Assembly (NCBI RefSeq): GCF_000025505.1
Contig: NC_013849.1
Coordinates: forward strand, 360,001-392,000
Direction of reading: 5' to 3'
Length of the DNA: 32,000 bases
Source of the DNA: Ferroglobus placidus DSM 10642
GTDB lineage: Archaea; Halobacteriota; Archaeoglobi; Archaeoglobales; Archaeoglobaceae
Positions 18,402 to 27,220 of the stretch are shown here, one piece after another. Below the pieces are notes generated by a model. That model was not told the DNA's origin, did no database searches, and saw nothing but the letters and a program-made list of their open reading frames with translations. The translations under genes and the position numbers were made by a program. How positions within the stretch are numbered: position 1 is the stretch's first letter; each line of letters opens with the position of its first letter.

Positions 18402-18695
18402 GTGCTGAACATGGAGGGTATAGAGAAGATTAAGAACGAAATAATCCCTGTGCTGAAAAAGTATGATGTGAAGAGAGCAAGTCTATTTGGCTCTATTGTC
18501 AGAAAAGAGATGACAGAAAAAAGCGATATAGATCTGCTTGTCGAATTCGAAGGAAAGAAAAGCCTTCTAGATCTCGCAGAACTGAAAATTGAATTAGAGG
18601 AGAAACTTAAGAGAAAGGTCGATGTCCTCACGTATAAATCAATACATCCCTTACTGAGAGAAAGAATTCTGAGTGAAAAGGTGGATATCCTGTGA
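18402..18695 (+). CDS. mntA: MNT-domain nucleotidyltransferase antitoxin
   Basis: [24 protein letters not shown] minimal nucleotidyltransferase signature, overlapping a HepT-like ORF. Confidence 0.85.
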   Translation: MLNMEGIEKIKNEIIPVLKKYDVKRASLFGSIVRKEMTEKSDIDLLVEFEGKKSLLDLAELKIELEEKLKRKVDVLTYKSIHPLLRERILSEKVDIL

Positions 18696-19045
18696 AGAAG
18701 GATATTAGAACTTTTCTGCTACACATTCTCGAAAGCATAGAGATTATAGAAAAGCATACGCACGGTGTAAATAGGGAAGAGTTTATGGAAGATGTGAAAA
18801 CACAGGATGCCGTGTTAAGAAGGCTTGAAATTATAGGTGAAGCTGTAAAAAATATTCCGCAAGATTTCAGGGAAAAGTATCCTGAAATACCTTGGAAAGC
18901 GATTGCCGGAACAAGAGATATTCTGATTCACGAATACTTTGGAGTTGATCTCGATCTCGTATGGGAGATAATTGAAAGGGATCTGCCAGAGCTTAAAGAA
19001 AAAATAGAAAGAATTCTGAAGGATTTAGAGTTTTCTGAGAAGTAA
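18692..19045 (+). CDS. hepT: HEPN-domain (HepT/DUF86-like) toxin
   Basis: [17 protein letters not shown]...[35 protein letters not shown] matches the Rx4HxY motif. Confidence 0.85.
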   Translation: MKKDIRTFLLHILESIEIIEKHTHGVNREEFMEDVKTQDAVLRRLEIIGEAVKNIPQDFREKYPEIPWKAIAGTRDILIHEYFGVDLDLVWEIIERDLPELKEKIERILKDLEFSEK

Positions 19046-19178
19046 AGCACAACTATCGGAAAAAAGAGAATAAAAGAGAGCTGTTCTGGAAAAAAGAAAG
19101 TTGCTGAGAGAAATGGTTATACTATTAGTTGGGTTTTAGCATGCAAGTCTTTTTAAATGTCTCCAGCTAAATTTTATT

Positions 19179-19562
19179 GTGGCTGAAATGCTCGAAATGG
19201 AAAGGGAAACACTCGAAAGGTTCAAAAAGAAAGTTCTGAACAAGCTCGAGGATAGGGTTCATGCTATAGTAATTTACGGTTCTCTTGCAAGAGGAACATA
19301 CACGAAGGATAGCGACATAGATATTCTCGTGATAGGTGAAAACAAAGCGGACTGGGAAAGGGTTTCGAGAATAGCCTACGAGATCGATTATGAAAACGGC
19401 TTCAGGACGTTTATAACTACGATGTTCCTCACGAAGAACGAATTCGAGCAGAGGTTGAAAGCAGGAGATCCCTTTATTCACAACGTGCTGAGGGAGGGTG
19501 TGGTTCTTTATGACACGGGTGTCTATGAAGGATTTCGCAAGAGCATGCTTGAAGCTCGCTGA
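19179..19562 (+). CDS. Second nucleotidyltransferase (MNT) protein
   Basis: HAIVIYGSLARGTYTKDSDIDILVIG signature. Confidence 0.85.
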   Translation: MAEMLEMERETLERFKKKVLNKLEDRVHAIVIYGSLARGTYTKDSDIDILVIGENKADWERVSRIAYEIDYENGFRTFITTMFLTKNEFEQRLKAGDPFIHNVLREGVVLYDTGVYEGFRKSMLEAR

Positions 19563-19902
19563 AGATTTTGAAGATACAAAACCTGTGCTTGAACATTCAA
19601 GACTGATAACTGCCGTGAACTGCGCCTATTATGCTATGTTTCACGCGGCTCAGGCAATTCTCGCGTTTAACGGCATAGGGCCATCGAGAACTCACAGGGA
19701 TCTGAGAGAGGTTTTCGGAAAGGAGATCATTCTTAAAGGTCTTGCTGACAGAGAGCTTGGAAGGGTGTTGAGCAGAGCTTTTGAGCTGAGGCAGGCAAGC
19801 AGTTATGAAGTTTATGCCCACTTTGGCGAGGATGTTGTGAGGGAGATTGGGAAGAAAAGTGGGGGATTCGTTAAAAGGATAAAGGAATTCATGTCAGAGT
19901 AG
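19525..19902 (+). CDS. Second HEPN-domain protein (COG1895-like)
   Basis: MKDFARACLKLAEDFEDTKPVLEHSRLITAVNCAYYAMFHAAQAILAFNGIGPSRTHRDLREVFG. The track start at 19498 is possible, but 19525 gives the more typical N-terminus. Confidence 0.8.
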   Translation: MKDFARACLKLAEDFEDTKPVLEHSRLITAVNCAYYAMFHAAQAILAFNGIGPSRTHRDLREVFGKEIILKGLADRELGRVLSRAFELRQASSYEVYAHFGEDVVREIGKKSGGFVKRIKEFMSE

Positions 19903-20075
19903 AAAAGGGGATGAAATGTAAACTTCTGTTATCGCATATAAACACGAAAAATCCCAGAAATCCCAGAAAATGATTATGATTTATGAGAACTTGTGAGATA
20001 AAAACAGTTGGCGCCCCTCGATAAATCTTTTATAATTCTATAACTCAAAGCTAAATTAAGGCATGTGTTAAAGAA

Positions 20076-22001
20076 ATGTTTAAACTGGTGGTACCAAGTA
20101 TGATTCCAGAGATTTCACGAATATTAATGAGTTACAAAAAATCTTTGGATAAATCGAGAAGTAGGTACGAATCAATGTATAAAGAAAGATCTAAAAATGT
20201 AGAACGTTTTTATAATTCTTTTCTTAAGAACTTAATTATTACTCTTCATAAAGAAATTAATGATCCTGAAAAAAGAAGAGATGTTATTAGATTAATAAAA
20301 AATTTTTTCAGAAATGATAAAATAAAATTTATAGCTGTTGATGGAACTTGCTACAAAAACCAATTAGTAGATTATATGATCTTTTTTGGCGCATCTTATG
20401 CTATTAGAGGAACTATAGATCTAAACACATACCCGCCAAAAATTAAATATGAAAAATTTGCAGCAGAAGAAGATGTTAGCATGGTTGCATATGTTCCAAT
20501 TCCCTTTGCTGAGTTGGGGGAGGTTCTAGAGGAGAATTATCAATTTGTGAGTTCTGATGAGACAAGAATCGACCTCTCATCTATACATGTTCTTTTAATG
20601 CAATTAGCGGAGATCTATTTGCTTTACTCATTAGCAAAAAGGAGTGCATTGGAAGCACCTAAACTTCTATTGTGGGATCACTCTATTAGTAGTATTCTAG
20701 CAAGTACTGATGTGGGAATTATAACCCAAGAAGGAACTCCAAAAATAAAGCTCATTGGCTTTCATGAAACAGGTAGAGCTCTTTTAATTCAGGATGTAAT
20801 TATCGCGTATTCCCGTCCATGGAATAGTGAGTTAGATATACCAACGCCAAAGGAGTTTAGAATGTATAACTACGTTATTAGGAAAGCTTTTGAAAAAGGT
20901 AAAGAAGGTATAACGTTAGAAGAATTATCTCAACAATCTGGTGTCTCCAAGGACAGAATTTTGGAGAAATTAAAAGAGAGTAAAAAACTTGGGAAATATA
21001 TAATAAAAGATAAAAATGATATATCTTCAACCATCGAAGAGCAACCAATCCTTATTTTTGATAATGATAAAATCTTCTTTAACGAATTTTTCAGAGGATC
21101 ATGGAGGTTTGTAGTGGGAATCTTTGAGTATATCTGTGAGAAATTATTCAAAGAAAAGGATCCAGAGGCATTGATATATCGAAAATATACACCTGAGGGT
21201 GAAAAAGAATGCTGGCTTACACCAGATGATCTACGTTTTCTAATCGCAGTAGGCTTAAGAGCACTGATAGAAGAATGTTGGAAACAGGGAATATTATTCG
21301 TGGGTGTTGTAAAAGATTCGTCCACAAAGTATTTCAGTAAAAATTACATTGGGATATGCAAACATCTTGGAATATATAACTTCGATGATTCTTTAGCAAC
21401 ATTACCTTTACCATGGACTGACAGAACTCTTTTGGAGTTATTGCCTTATATTGACGAAAAAATTGAAGCACCGTGGAGTACAATAGAATTCGATTCCGTA
21501 TTCATGCAGCTTCACTTAGTGCAAACCCCAGACGGTAAGATTGAAATTCATGGTGTAAGAGGTGAAGCTACGAATCCTGAAAGAGTAGTTTTAAGGTCTT
21601 TAGCTCAATTTTACATAAATAGAAATCTCTACACTCCCTTAACAGGACATGTAATATTTATTGATAGAATAGCATTTCCTAGCGAAGATAAAAAATATTA
21701 CGGAGATAATAGACTCATTATTGAAACTAGAAGGCTTGGAAAAATAAAACCAGTCTTCTTCAAAGATAAAAATGAGAACAATATAATTCAGAAAATAATG
21801 CTTATTTTATTATCAGAGTTAACAAAAAACCTTTATCCAGAAGTTATTGGCTATCCAGATCCTTTACACAAAGCCGATTGGGGTGCAAAAAGTATATTGA
21901 AAAAAGTCAAACCTATTATTGACTCTGGAGAAATATCATTCAGAGCGCGCCCATTGAGAAAAACTCTCAGGGAACTAAGAGAAGAAGTAAGAAGATCGTA
22001 G
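20076..22001 (+). CDS. nurA: NurA-domain nuclease, long form (641 aa) with internal HTH-like segment
   Basis: FIAVDGTCYKNQLVDYMIFFGASYAIRG (NurA VDG motif). The C-terminus YPEVIGYPDPLHKADWGAKSILK fits the terminal NurA motif. Partnered with a HerA-like ORF. Internal GITLEELSQQSGVSKDRILEKLKESKKLGKYI. Confidence 0.65.
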   Translation: MFKLVVPSMIPEISRILMSYKKSLDKSRSRYESMYKERSKNVERFYNSFLKNLIITLHKEINDPEKRRDVIRLIKNFFRNDKIKFIAVDGTCYKNQLVDYMIFFGASYAIRGTIDLNTYPPKIKYEKFAAEEDVSMVAYVPIPFAELGEVLEENYQFVSSDETRIDLSSIHVLLMQLAEIYLLYSLAKRSALEAPKLLLWDHSISSILASTDVGIITQEGTPKIKLIGFHETGRALLIQDVIIAYSRPWNSELDIPTPKEFRMYNYVIRKAFEKGKEGITLEELSQQSGVSKDRILEKLKESKKLGKYIIKDKNDISSTIEEQPILIFDNDKIFFNEFFRGSWRFVVGIFEYICEKLFKEKDPEALIYRKYTPEGEKECWLTPDDLRFLIAVGLRALIEECWKQGILFVGVVKDSSTKYFSKNYIGICKHLGIYNFDDSLATLPLPWTDRTLLELLPYIDEKIEAPWSTIEFDSVFMQLHLVQTPDGKIEIHGVRGEATNPERVVLRSLAQFYINRNLYTPLTGHVIFIDRIAFPSEDKKYYGDNRLIIETRRLGKIKPVFFKDKNENNIIQKIMLILLSELTKNLYPEVIGYPDPLHKADWGAKSILKKVKPIIDSGEISFRARPLRKTLRELREEVRRS

Positions 22002-22016
22002 CAGAGGTGTAGAGTA

Positions 22017-23288
22017 ATGGAGATATTTAGGTTAGAAGGTTTTAATGGAAGGCTCTTAGCGGCGGAACCTGATGAACGAAGTAGATATAACTTTACTATA
22101 TGGTTTCCATATACTCGTGAACTTGTAAATGATATTCAAGATGGAGATCTTCTTGCAGTACCAAATTTCCAAAGTGACAGGGAACGGCCAGTATATAGTA
22201 TCTTAAAAGTTACAAATGTTCTTCCAAAGCATTTTGCATTACGAGGAAAGGAAGATACGAAGTCTTATCCTGGATATGTGTTAGAAGCAGCAAAAAATAT
22301 TGCAGCTTCGTGGGTTATTCAAGAAAGTGAACCATTAGAGGATACTACAATAATAGAGGTAGAAGCAATACCCACAAACTTGCAATTTAGGTTAAATGAA
22401 CAGAACAATCCAATTATAGAGGAAGAGAAGAGTATGCCAATGGTTGGAGAAGAAGTAAAATTACTATCCCCAGAATTTGTAATGAAAATCTTAAACAGTG
22501 GTATAAAATTTGGTTATGAGGAAATTATAGAGATAGGTCATTTAATTAGAGATAAAGAGATAAAGATTTACGTGAGAGTTGAAGATCTTGTAAGGACACA
22601 TTTCGGGATATTTGGTTATACTGGTGTAGGAAAAAGTAATCTTCTAAGCACAATTATCAGAAAACTTCTAACTGAAACAATTAAAATAGATGAAAAGCAG
22701 TTGCCTAAAAAAGAAATAAGAGAGCGAGAAAATATTAAAATCCTACTTTTTGATCTTATGGATGAATATATAAGTTTATTGATAGATCTGTTAGTGAATA
22801 ACAATCTTGATTCAAAAATAGTTTACATTGACCGAAGATCACTACCTAAAGCGGTAATCGATTATTTAAAAGGAAATGAGACTTTGATTAAAGCGATACA
22901 TGCTTTTTTGAGACAAATGTATATCCCAAAGGGATTATTAGACTGCAAGGATAAATATTATGAAAGAATAAGAGAAATTCTCGAGAAGGATAGAATAAAG
23001 ATTTGGGAGGAAGAATTTGAAATTAAGACTATCGATGAACTTATAGAAAAGATTTGGCCTGAAGTAATAGGAGATCTAAGATCCACTACAAAAATATCAA
23101 CTCTAGAAAGAGTAAAAGAGGATATACTCTCAGATGTAACTGGAAATGAGTTAACTCCAGAAAATTTGGATAAGATACTATCTAAACTTGGGGAAAGTAG
23201 TGTTTTTGGCTATCCACAACCTCAAAGTGTGATAAACTTACGAAAACAAAAAGATGGTAATGCCTCAGTAATGTTTATATTCAATTAG
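22017..23288 (+). pseudogene. herA: HerA-like ATPase, C-terminally truncated at an IS1-family element
   Basis: Begins with a HAS-barrel-like N-terminus. Walker A VRTHFGIFGYTGVGKSNLLSTIIRKL, then DLMDEYISLLIDLLV. The ORF ends at 23288 just inside the IS left end, with no Walker B. Confidence 0.7.
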
Positions 23289-23303
23289 TTGGATAAATCG
23301 GTG

Positions 23304-23588
23304 ATGATGTGTCCGCATTGCAAATCGATAAAAACTGTGAAAATGGGCTGTTATTACACGAAATCTGGTGAGAGGAGGCAGAGATACAAATGCAAGAGCT
23401 GCGGGAGAACTTTCGTTTTGAATCCGATAAAGCCGAGGAATTATCCCGAGGAATTTAAGGAGATGGTAGTTAGAGCTGTTGTGAAGGAGGGTGTAGGGAT
23501 AAGACAAGCGAGCAGAATTTTCAAGCTTTCTCCTAACACTGTGACAGCTTGGGTAAGAGAATTTTCTAAAAAAAGACCTGAGAAATGA
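23304..23588 (+). CDS. insA: IS1-family InsA-like protein (zinc finger + HTH)
   Basis: MCPHCKSIKTVKMGCYYTKSGERRQRYKCKSCGRTFVLNP...GIRQASRIFKLSPNTVTAWVREF. Confidence 0.85.
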   Translation: MMCPHCKSIKTVKMGCYYTKSGERRQRYKCKSCGRTFVLNPIKPRNYPEEFKEMVVRAVVKEGVGIRQASRIFKLSPNTVTAWVREFSKKRPEK

Positions 23589-24003
23589 GATTAGATCGGA
23601 AAAGCCTGTTATCGAGTTAGATGAAGCTTGGAGTTTTGTTAAGAAAAAGGAAAACGAAATCTGGATTTGGATTGCTTTAGAGAGAAATTCCCGAAAAATA
23701 ATAAGTTATGCAATAGGAGATCGTTCTGTGGATACTTTCAAGAAATTGTGGGACGGAATTGGCGATGAAATAAAGCGGAAAGCAATTTTCTACACGGATC
23801 GCTGGGACGCTTATAATTTGATTCCTTACAGGCAGAGAATCGTAAGAAGAGGAGGAACGAACCACGTTGAAAGGTTATTCTTAACTCTGAGAAATGATAA
23901 TCCGAGATTCGCAAGAAAATCAATCAGATTCTCAAAATCCTCGGAAATGCTCGAAAATTCTTTTAAATTGTGGATTCATTACTATAATTTATCAACATTA
24001 TAG
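23578..24003 (+). CDS. insB: IS1-family InsB-like DDE transposase frame (no clear ATG; separate frame from InsA)
   Basis: Frame reads LRNEIRSEKPVIELDEAWSFVKKKENEIWIWIALERNSRKIISYAIGDRSVDTFKKLWDGIG...FYTDRWDAYNLIPYRQRIVRRGGTNHVERLFLTLRNDNPRFARKSIRFSKS. Confidence 0.8.
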   Translation: MRNEIRSEKPVIELDEAWSFVKKKENEIWIWIALERNSRKIISYAIGDRSVDTFKKLWDGIGDEIKRKAIFYTDRWDAYNLIPYRQRIVRRGGTNHVERLFLTLRNDNPRFARKSIRFSKSSEMLENSFKLWIHYYNLSTL

Positions 24004-24082
24004 TGACACTACCGAAAATAATTTCGGGAAAAGACATGGTGTTTGTGTTAAAGTTTAGGATGACCGAAAAATTTAAATTCAT

Positions 24083-24111
24083 TTAGGTAACCCTAATTTT
24101 GGGTTACCTAA
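24083..24111. promoter_or_regulatory. Perfect inverted repeat, putative DtxR-family/iron-responsive operator of feo operon
   Basis: TTAGGTAACCC-TAATTTT-GGGTTACCTAA, immediately downstream of an A/T-rich TATA-like element (ATTTAAATTC) and just before feoA. Confidence 0.7.
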
Positions 24112-24122
24112 GAGGTGCAAAA

Positions 24123-24347
24123 ATGATACCTTTATCCTTTCTGATGCCGGGAGAGAAAGGAGTTGTAGTCGAAATTAAAGGAGGAAGGGGATTGGTGAGA
24201 AGGCTCTACGGTATGGGGTTGTATCCATCAGCAGTTGTTGAGGTTGTTTCTCATGGATTCGGTCCCCTGCTGGTTAGGGTAAACGGAACTACGACGATTG
24301 CAATTGGGAGGGGTATCGGAATGAAAATAATGGTGAGGAGGGTTTAA
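24123..24347 (+). CDS. feoA: FeoA-domain protein
   Basis: MIPLSFLMPGEKGVVVEIKGGRGLVRRLYGMGLYPSAVVEVVSHGFGPLLVRVNGTTTIAIGRGIGMKIMV. Confidence 0.85.
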   Translation: MIPLSFLMPGEKGVVVEIKGGRGLVRRLYGMGLYPSAVVEVVSHGFGPLLVRVNGTTTIAIGRGIGMKIMVRRV

Positions 24348-24348
24348 A

Positions 24349-24576
24349 ATGAGGCTCTCGGATTTGAAACTGGGAGAGAAGGCAAGAATAGTTTGTGTGG
24401 AAATAGGAGGGAAAGAAGGAAGGAGATACAGGGAGATGGGGCTTGTAAGTGGGGAGATAGTCAGAGTTGTAAGGGTTGCACCTCTCGGAGATCCGGTGGA
24501 GATAGAGGTCAAGGGTTACAACCTCTCTCTAAGAAAGGACGAGGCAAGGAGGATTAGGGTGGAGGTGGTAAGATGA
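24349..24576 (+). CDS. feoA: Second FeoA-domain protein
   Basis: [74 protein letters not shown]. Confidence 0.9.
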   Translation: MRLSDLKLGEKARIVCVEIGGKEGRRYREMGLVSGEIVRVVRVAPLGDPVEIEVKGYNLSLRKDEARRIRVEVVR

Positions 24577-26591
24577 AGATAAGAGTTGCACTTGCAGGAA
24601 ATCCAAATGTGGGGAAGACGGTGATATTCAACGCGTTAACTGGTTCAAGGCAATATGTGGGAAATTGGCCGGGAGTCACGGTTGAGAAGAAGGTTGGGAA
24701 ATTTACTTACAAGGATGCTGAGGTAGAAGTTGTCGATCTTCCAGGATCTTACAGCTTGAGCCCGTATTCAATAGATGAGAAAATCGCAAGAGATTACATT
24801 CTGGAGGAGAGACCTGATGTTGTAGTTAATATTGTGGATGCATCAAACCTCGAAAGGAACCTGTACCTCACAGTCCAGCTCCTTGAAATTGGAGCGAACG
24901 TCGTTGTAGCTTTAAACATGATGGATGAGGCTGAGGCAAGAGGAATGAAAGTGGATGCAGAGAAGCTCTCTGAAATTCTTAACATTCCCGTTGTCCCGAT
25001 GGTTGCAGTTAAGGGTATAGGATTTGATGAGCTTAAAGAGGTTATTTACGAGAGAGCAGGAATGCGTGAGGAAAGGCATAAAATTGTAGGATATGGAAAA
25101 GCAGAGAAATACATCGAATCTCTCGAAAGGGAGATTGAGAAGTATCCCGAGCTTAAAAAGCACAGCAGATGGCTTGCAATAAAGCTTCTCGAAGGAGAGG
25201 TGGACATTCTGAGGATATTATCAATTAATGAGGTGAATGGAATGTTGGAGGTTGCATATGCAGATTTAATCAGGAAGGCTGAGGTTTTAAGGAAAGAATT
25301 TGGCGAGAAGCTTGGAGAGCCAGAAACGTACTTTGCAGACAAACGTTATGAATTCATTAAATCCGTTGTCGAACAGGTTTTGACAAGAAAAGGGGTTACT
25401 TGGACATTCTCAGACATGCTTGACAGGGTTTTGATTCACAGAGGGTTTGGGATTCCAATATTCCTCTCATTGATGTGGGCAGCATTTCAGTTCACATTTG
25501 CAGTCTCAGCACCCTTTTCCGATGCAATCGATACATTCTTTGGATGGCTTGGAGAGGTTGCAGGCAGCAGCATAGAAAATCCAGCTCTCAGCTCCCTCTT
25601 AGCTGATGGTGTGATAGCTGGTGTTGGATCGGTTCTCGTGTTCCTTCCGCCAATATTCCTTCTATTCCTTATCCTCTCAATACTGGAAGATTCTGGATAC
25701 TTGGCAAGAGCGGCATTTGTCATGGATAGGGTTATGCACAAGGCAGGGCTGTCAGGGAAGTCCACAATTCCGATGCTTTTGGGATTTGGATGCAATGTTC
25801 CGGCAGTAATGGCAACAAGGACAATTGAGGACTGGAAGGATAGGCTGTTGACAATACTTGTAAATCCACTGATGTCTTGCTCTGCAAGGCTTCCGATATA
25901 CGTTCTCTTTGCAGGAGCATTCTTTGCTGGAATGGAGGGAGCAGTAATTTTCTCGATGTATCTCATGGGAATTGTACTGGCCGGTATCATGGCTTTTATA
26001 TTCAGAAAGACAATCTTCAAGGGACAACCTTCCCCACTAATACTCGAGATGCCTCCATACAGAATACCAACTCTGAGGAGTGTATTGACGAAGACTTGGA
26101 TAAGGGGAAAGATGTTCCTGAGGAAGGCTGGAACGATAATATTCGCTGCAGTTGTCGTAGTCTGGTTCCTTGGAACGTATCCGGGAGGCCCAGGCTCTGA
26201 CATAGAGACTTCCTACGCTTCAATGCTTGGGCATGCTTTACAGCCATTATTCGCTCCAATGGGATGGGACTGGAAGGCTGCAGTTGCTTTATTCTTCGGA
26301 TTTATAGCGAAGGAGGTTGTTGTCGGGACTTACGGCACGCTTTATGGTTTAGGAGAGGTTGGAGAGGAGAGTGAGAGCTTGAGAGCAGCACTTCACGGGA
26401 CATTCACTCCCCTGAATGCATATGCATTCATGGCGTTCGCTCTGATCTACATTCCATGTGTTGCAACCATAGGTGTAATAAGGCAGGAGGCCGGATGGAA
26501 ATGGATGGCCTTTGCTGTTGCTTACGAACTACTGCTTGCCTATGCAGTTGCATTAGCAATTGTCGGAATTGGGCACGCGCTATGGGGGTGA
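24573..26591 (+). CDS. feoB: Ferrous iron transport protein B
   Basis: G1 [60 protein letters not shown], and the multi-pass [43 protein letters not shown]. Confidence 0.97.
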   Translation: MKIRVALAGNPNVGKTVIFNALTGSRQYVGNWPGVTVEKKVGKFTYKDAEVEVVDLPGSYSLSPYSIDEKIARDYILEERPDVVVNIVDASNLERNLYLTVQLLEIGANVVVALNMMDEAEARGMKVDAEKLSEILNIPVVPMVAVKGIGFDELKEVIYERAGMREERHKIVGYGKAEKYIESLEREIEKYPELKKHSRWLAIKLLEGEVDILRILSINEVNGMLEVAYADLIRKAEVLRKEFGEKLGEPETYFADKRYEFIKSVVEQVLTRKGVTWTFSDMLDRVLIHRGFGIPIFLSLMWAAFQFTFAVSAPFSDAIDTFFGWLGEVAGSSIENPALSSLLADGVIAGVGSVLVFLPPIFLLFLILSILEDSGYLARAAFVMDRVMHKAGLSGKSTIPMLLGFGCNVPAVMATRTIEDWKDRLLTILVNPLMSCSARLPIYVLFAGAFFAGMEGAVIFSMYLMGIVLAGIMAFIFRKTIFKGQPSPLILEMPPYRIPTLRSVLTKTWIRGKMFLRKAGTIIFAAVVVVWFLGTYPGGPGSDIETSYASMLGHALQPLFAPMGWDWKAAVALFFGFIAKEVVVGTYGTLYGLGEVGEESESLRAALHGTFTPLNAYAFMAFALIYIPCVATIGVIRQEAGWKWMAFAVAYELLLAYAVALAIVGIGHALWG

Positions 26592-26595
26592 TAGA

Positions 26596-27015
26596 ATGAA
26601 GGGTTACGCCTTATGGTCTGCCTTGATTGGAATCGCCTATGTTATACTTGGACTGGCTGAAGTTGCTTCATGGATTGCAGGAGTTTTTGGCAAAGAATTG
26701 CAGATGCCAGTAACTCGGGACATAATTGCCGGCTTTGTTCTGATCACGATTGGCTCGATACTGCTGTATCGCACTGGTGATTTGATGAAAATGAAATACG
26801 AGGGACTCTCATTCCTATTCGTCGGACTAATGCTTTCAGCAATAATCGGTGGAATGTATTTATTGATTGCTTTGGCGGATGCTCTGGATGCCGTAATAGT
26901 CGGAGAAGAATGGGCATTTGACCCTTCAGCATACAACTTACCGGCAATAATCCTCTTCATCCTGCTGTTACCCTGCTGGCTTGCATTGAGGCGAAAGAAT
27001 GAATTTAGCGAGTAA
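26596..27015 (+). CDS. Small multi-pass membrane protein downstream of feoB
   Basis: Four hydrophobic segments. ATG at 26596, 5 nt after the feoB stop. Confidence 0.6.
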   Translation: MKGYALWSALIGIAYVILGLAEVASWIAGVFGKELQMPVTRDIIAGFVLITIGSILLYRTGDLMKMKYEGLSFLFVGLMLSAIIGGMYLLIALADALDAVIVGEEWAFDPSAYNLPAIILFILLLPCWLALRRKNEFSE

Positions 27016-27091
27016 CATGGAACTTACTTAACACTTCTTTAACACTTCTCATTTGTATTTGTATTTTTAGAATTGTATTCGCTCAAACCAG

Positions 27092-27165
27092 TAGCCCCGG
27101 CCGGATTCGAACCGGCGTCGCCGGATCCAGAGTCCGGCAGGATTGTCCTACTACCACACGGGGCT
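27092..27165 (-). tRNA. tRNA-Gln (anticodon CTG)
   Basis: Reverse strand AGCCCCGTGTGGTAGTAGGACAATCCTGCCGGACTCTGGATCCGGCGACGCCGGTTCGAATCCGGCCGGGGCTA. The acceptor stem AGCCCCG/CGGGGCT is complementary. Anticodon stem CCGGA/TCCGG encloses loop CTCTGGA. T-arm GCCGGTTCGAATCCGGC. Confidence 0.95.
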
Positions 27166-27220
27166 ATAGGTGGACAAACTGTTCCCCCTTTCTCCAGCTC
27201 CAGAACAGCCACAGATCATC

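Larger units (their letters stand above)
23256..24013 (+). mobile_element. IS1-family insertion sequence
   Basis: Imperfect terminal inverted repeats: left GGTAATGCCTCAGTAATGTTTATA (from 23256) versus the reverse complement of the right end GGTAGTGTCACTATAATGTTGATA (ending 24013). Encodes InsA-like and InsB-like frames, total about 758 bp. Confidence 0.75.

Noticed and set aside
25487-26203. Long minus-strand ORF (238 aa)
   Set aside because: Lies entirely antisense to the strongly supported feoB coding sequence, with a low-complexity Ser/Pro/Ile-rich translation.
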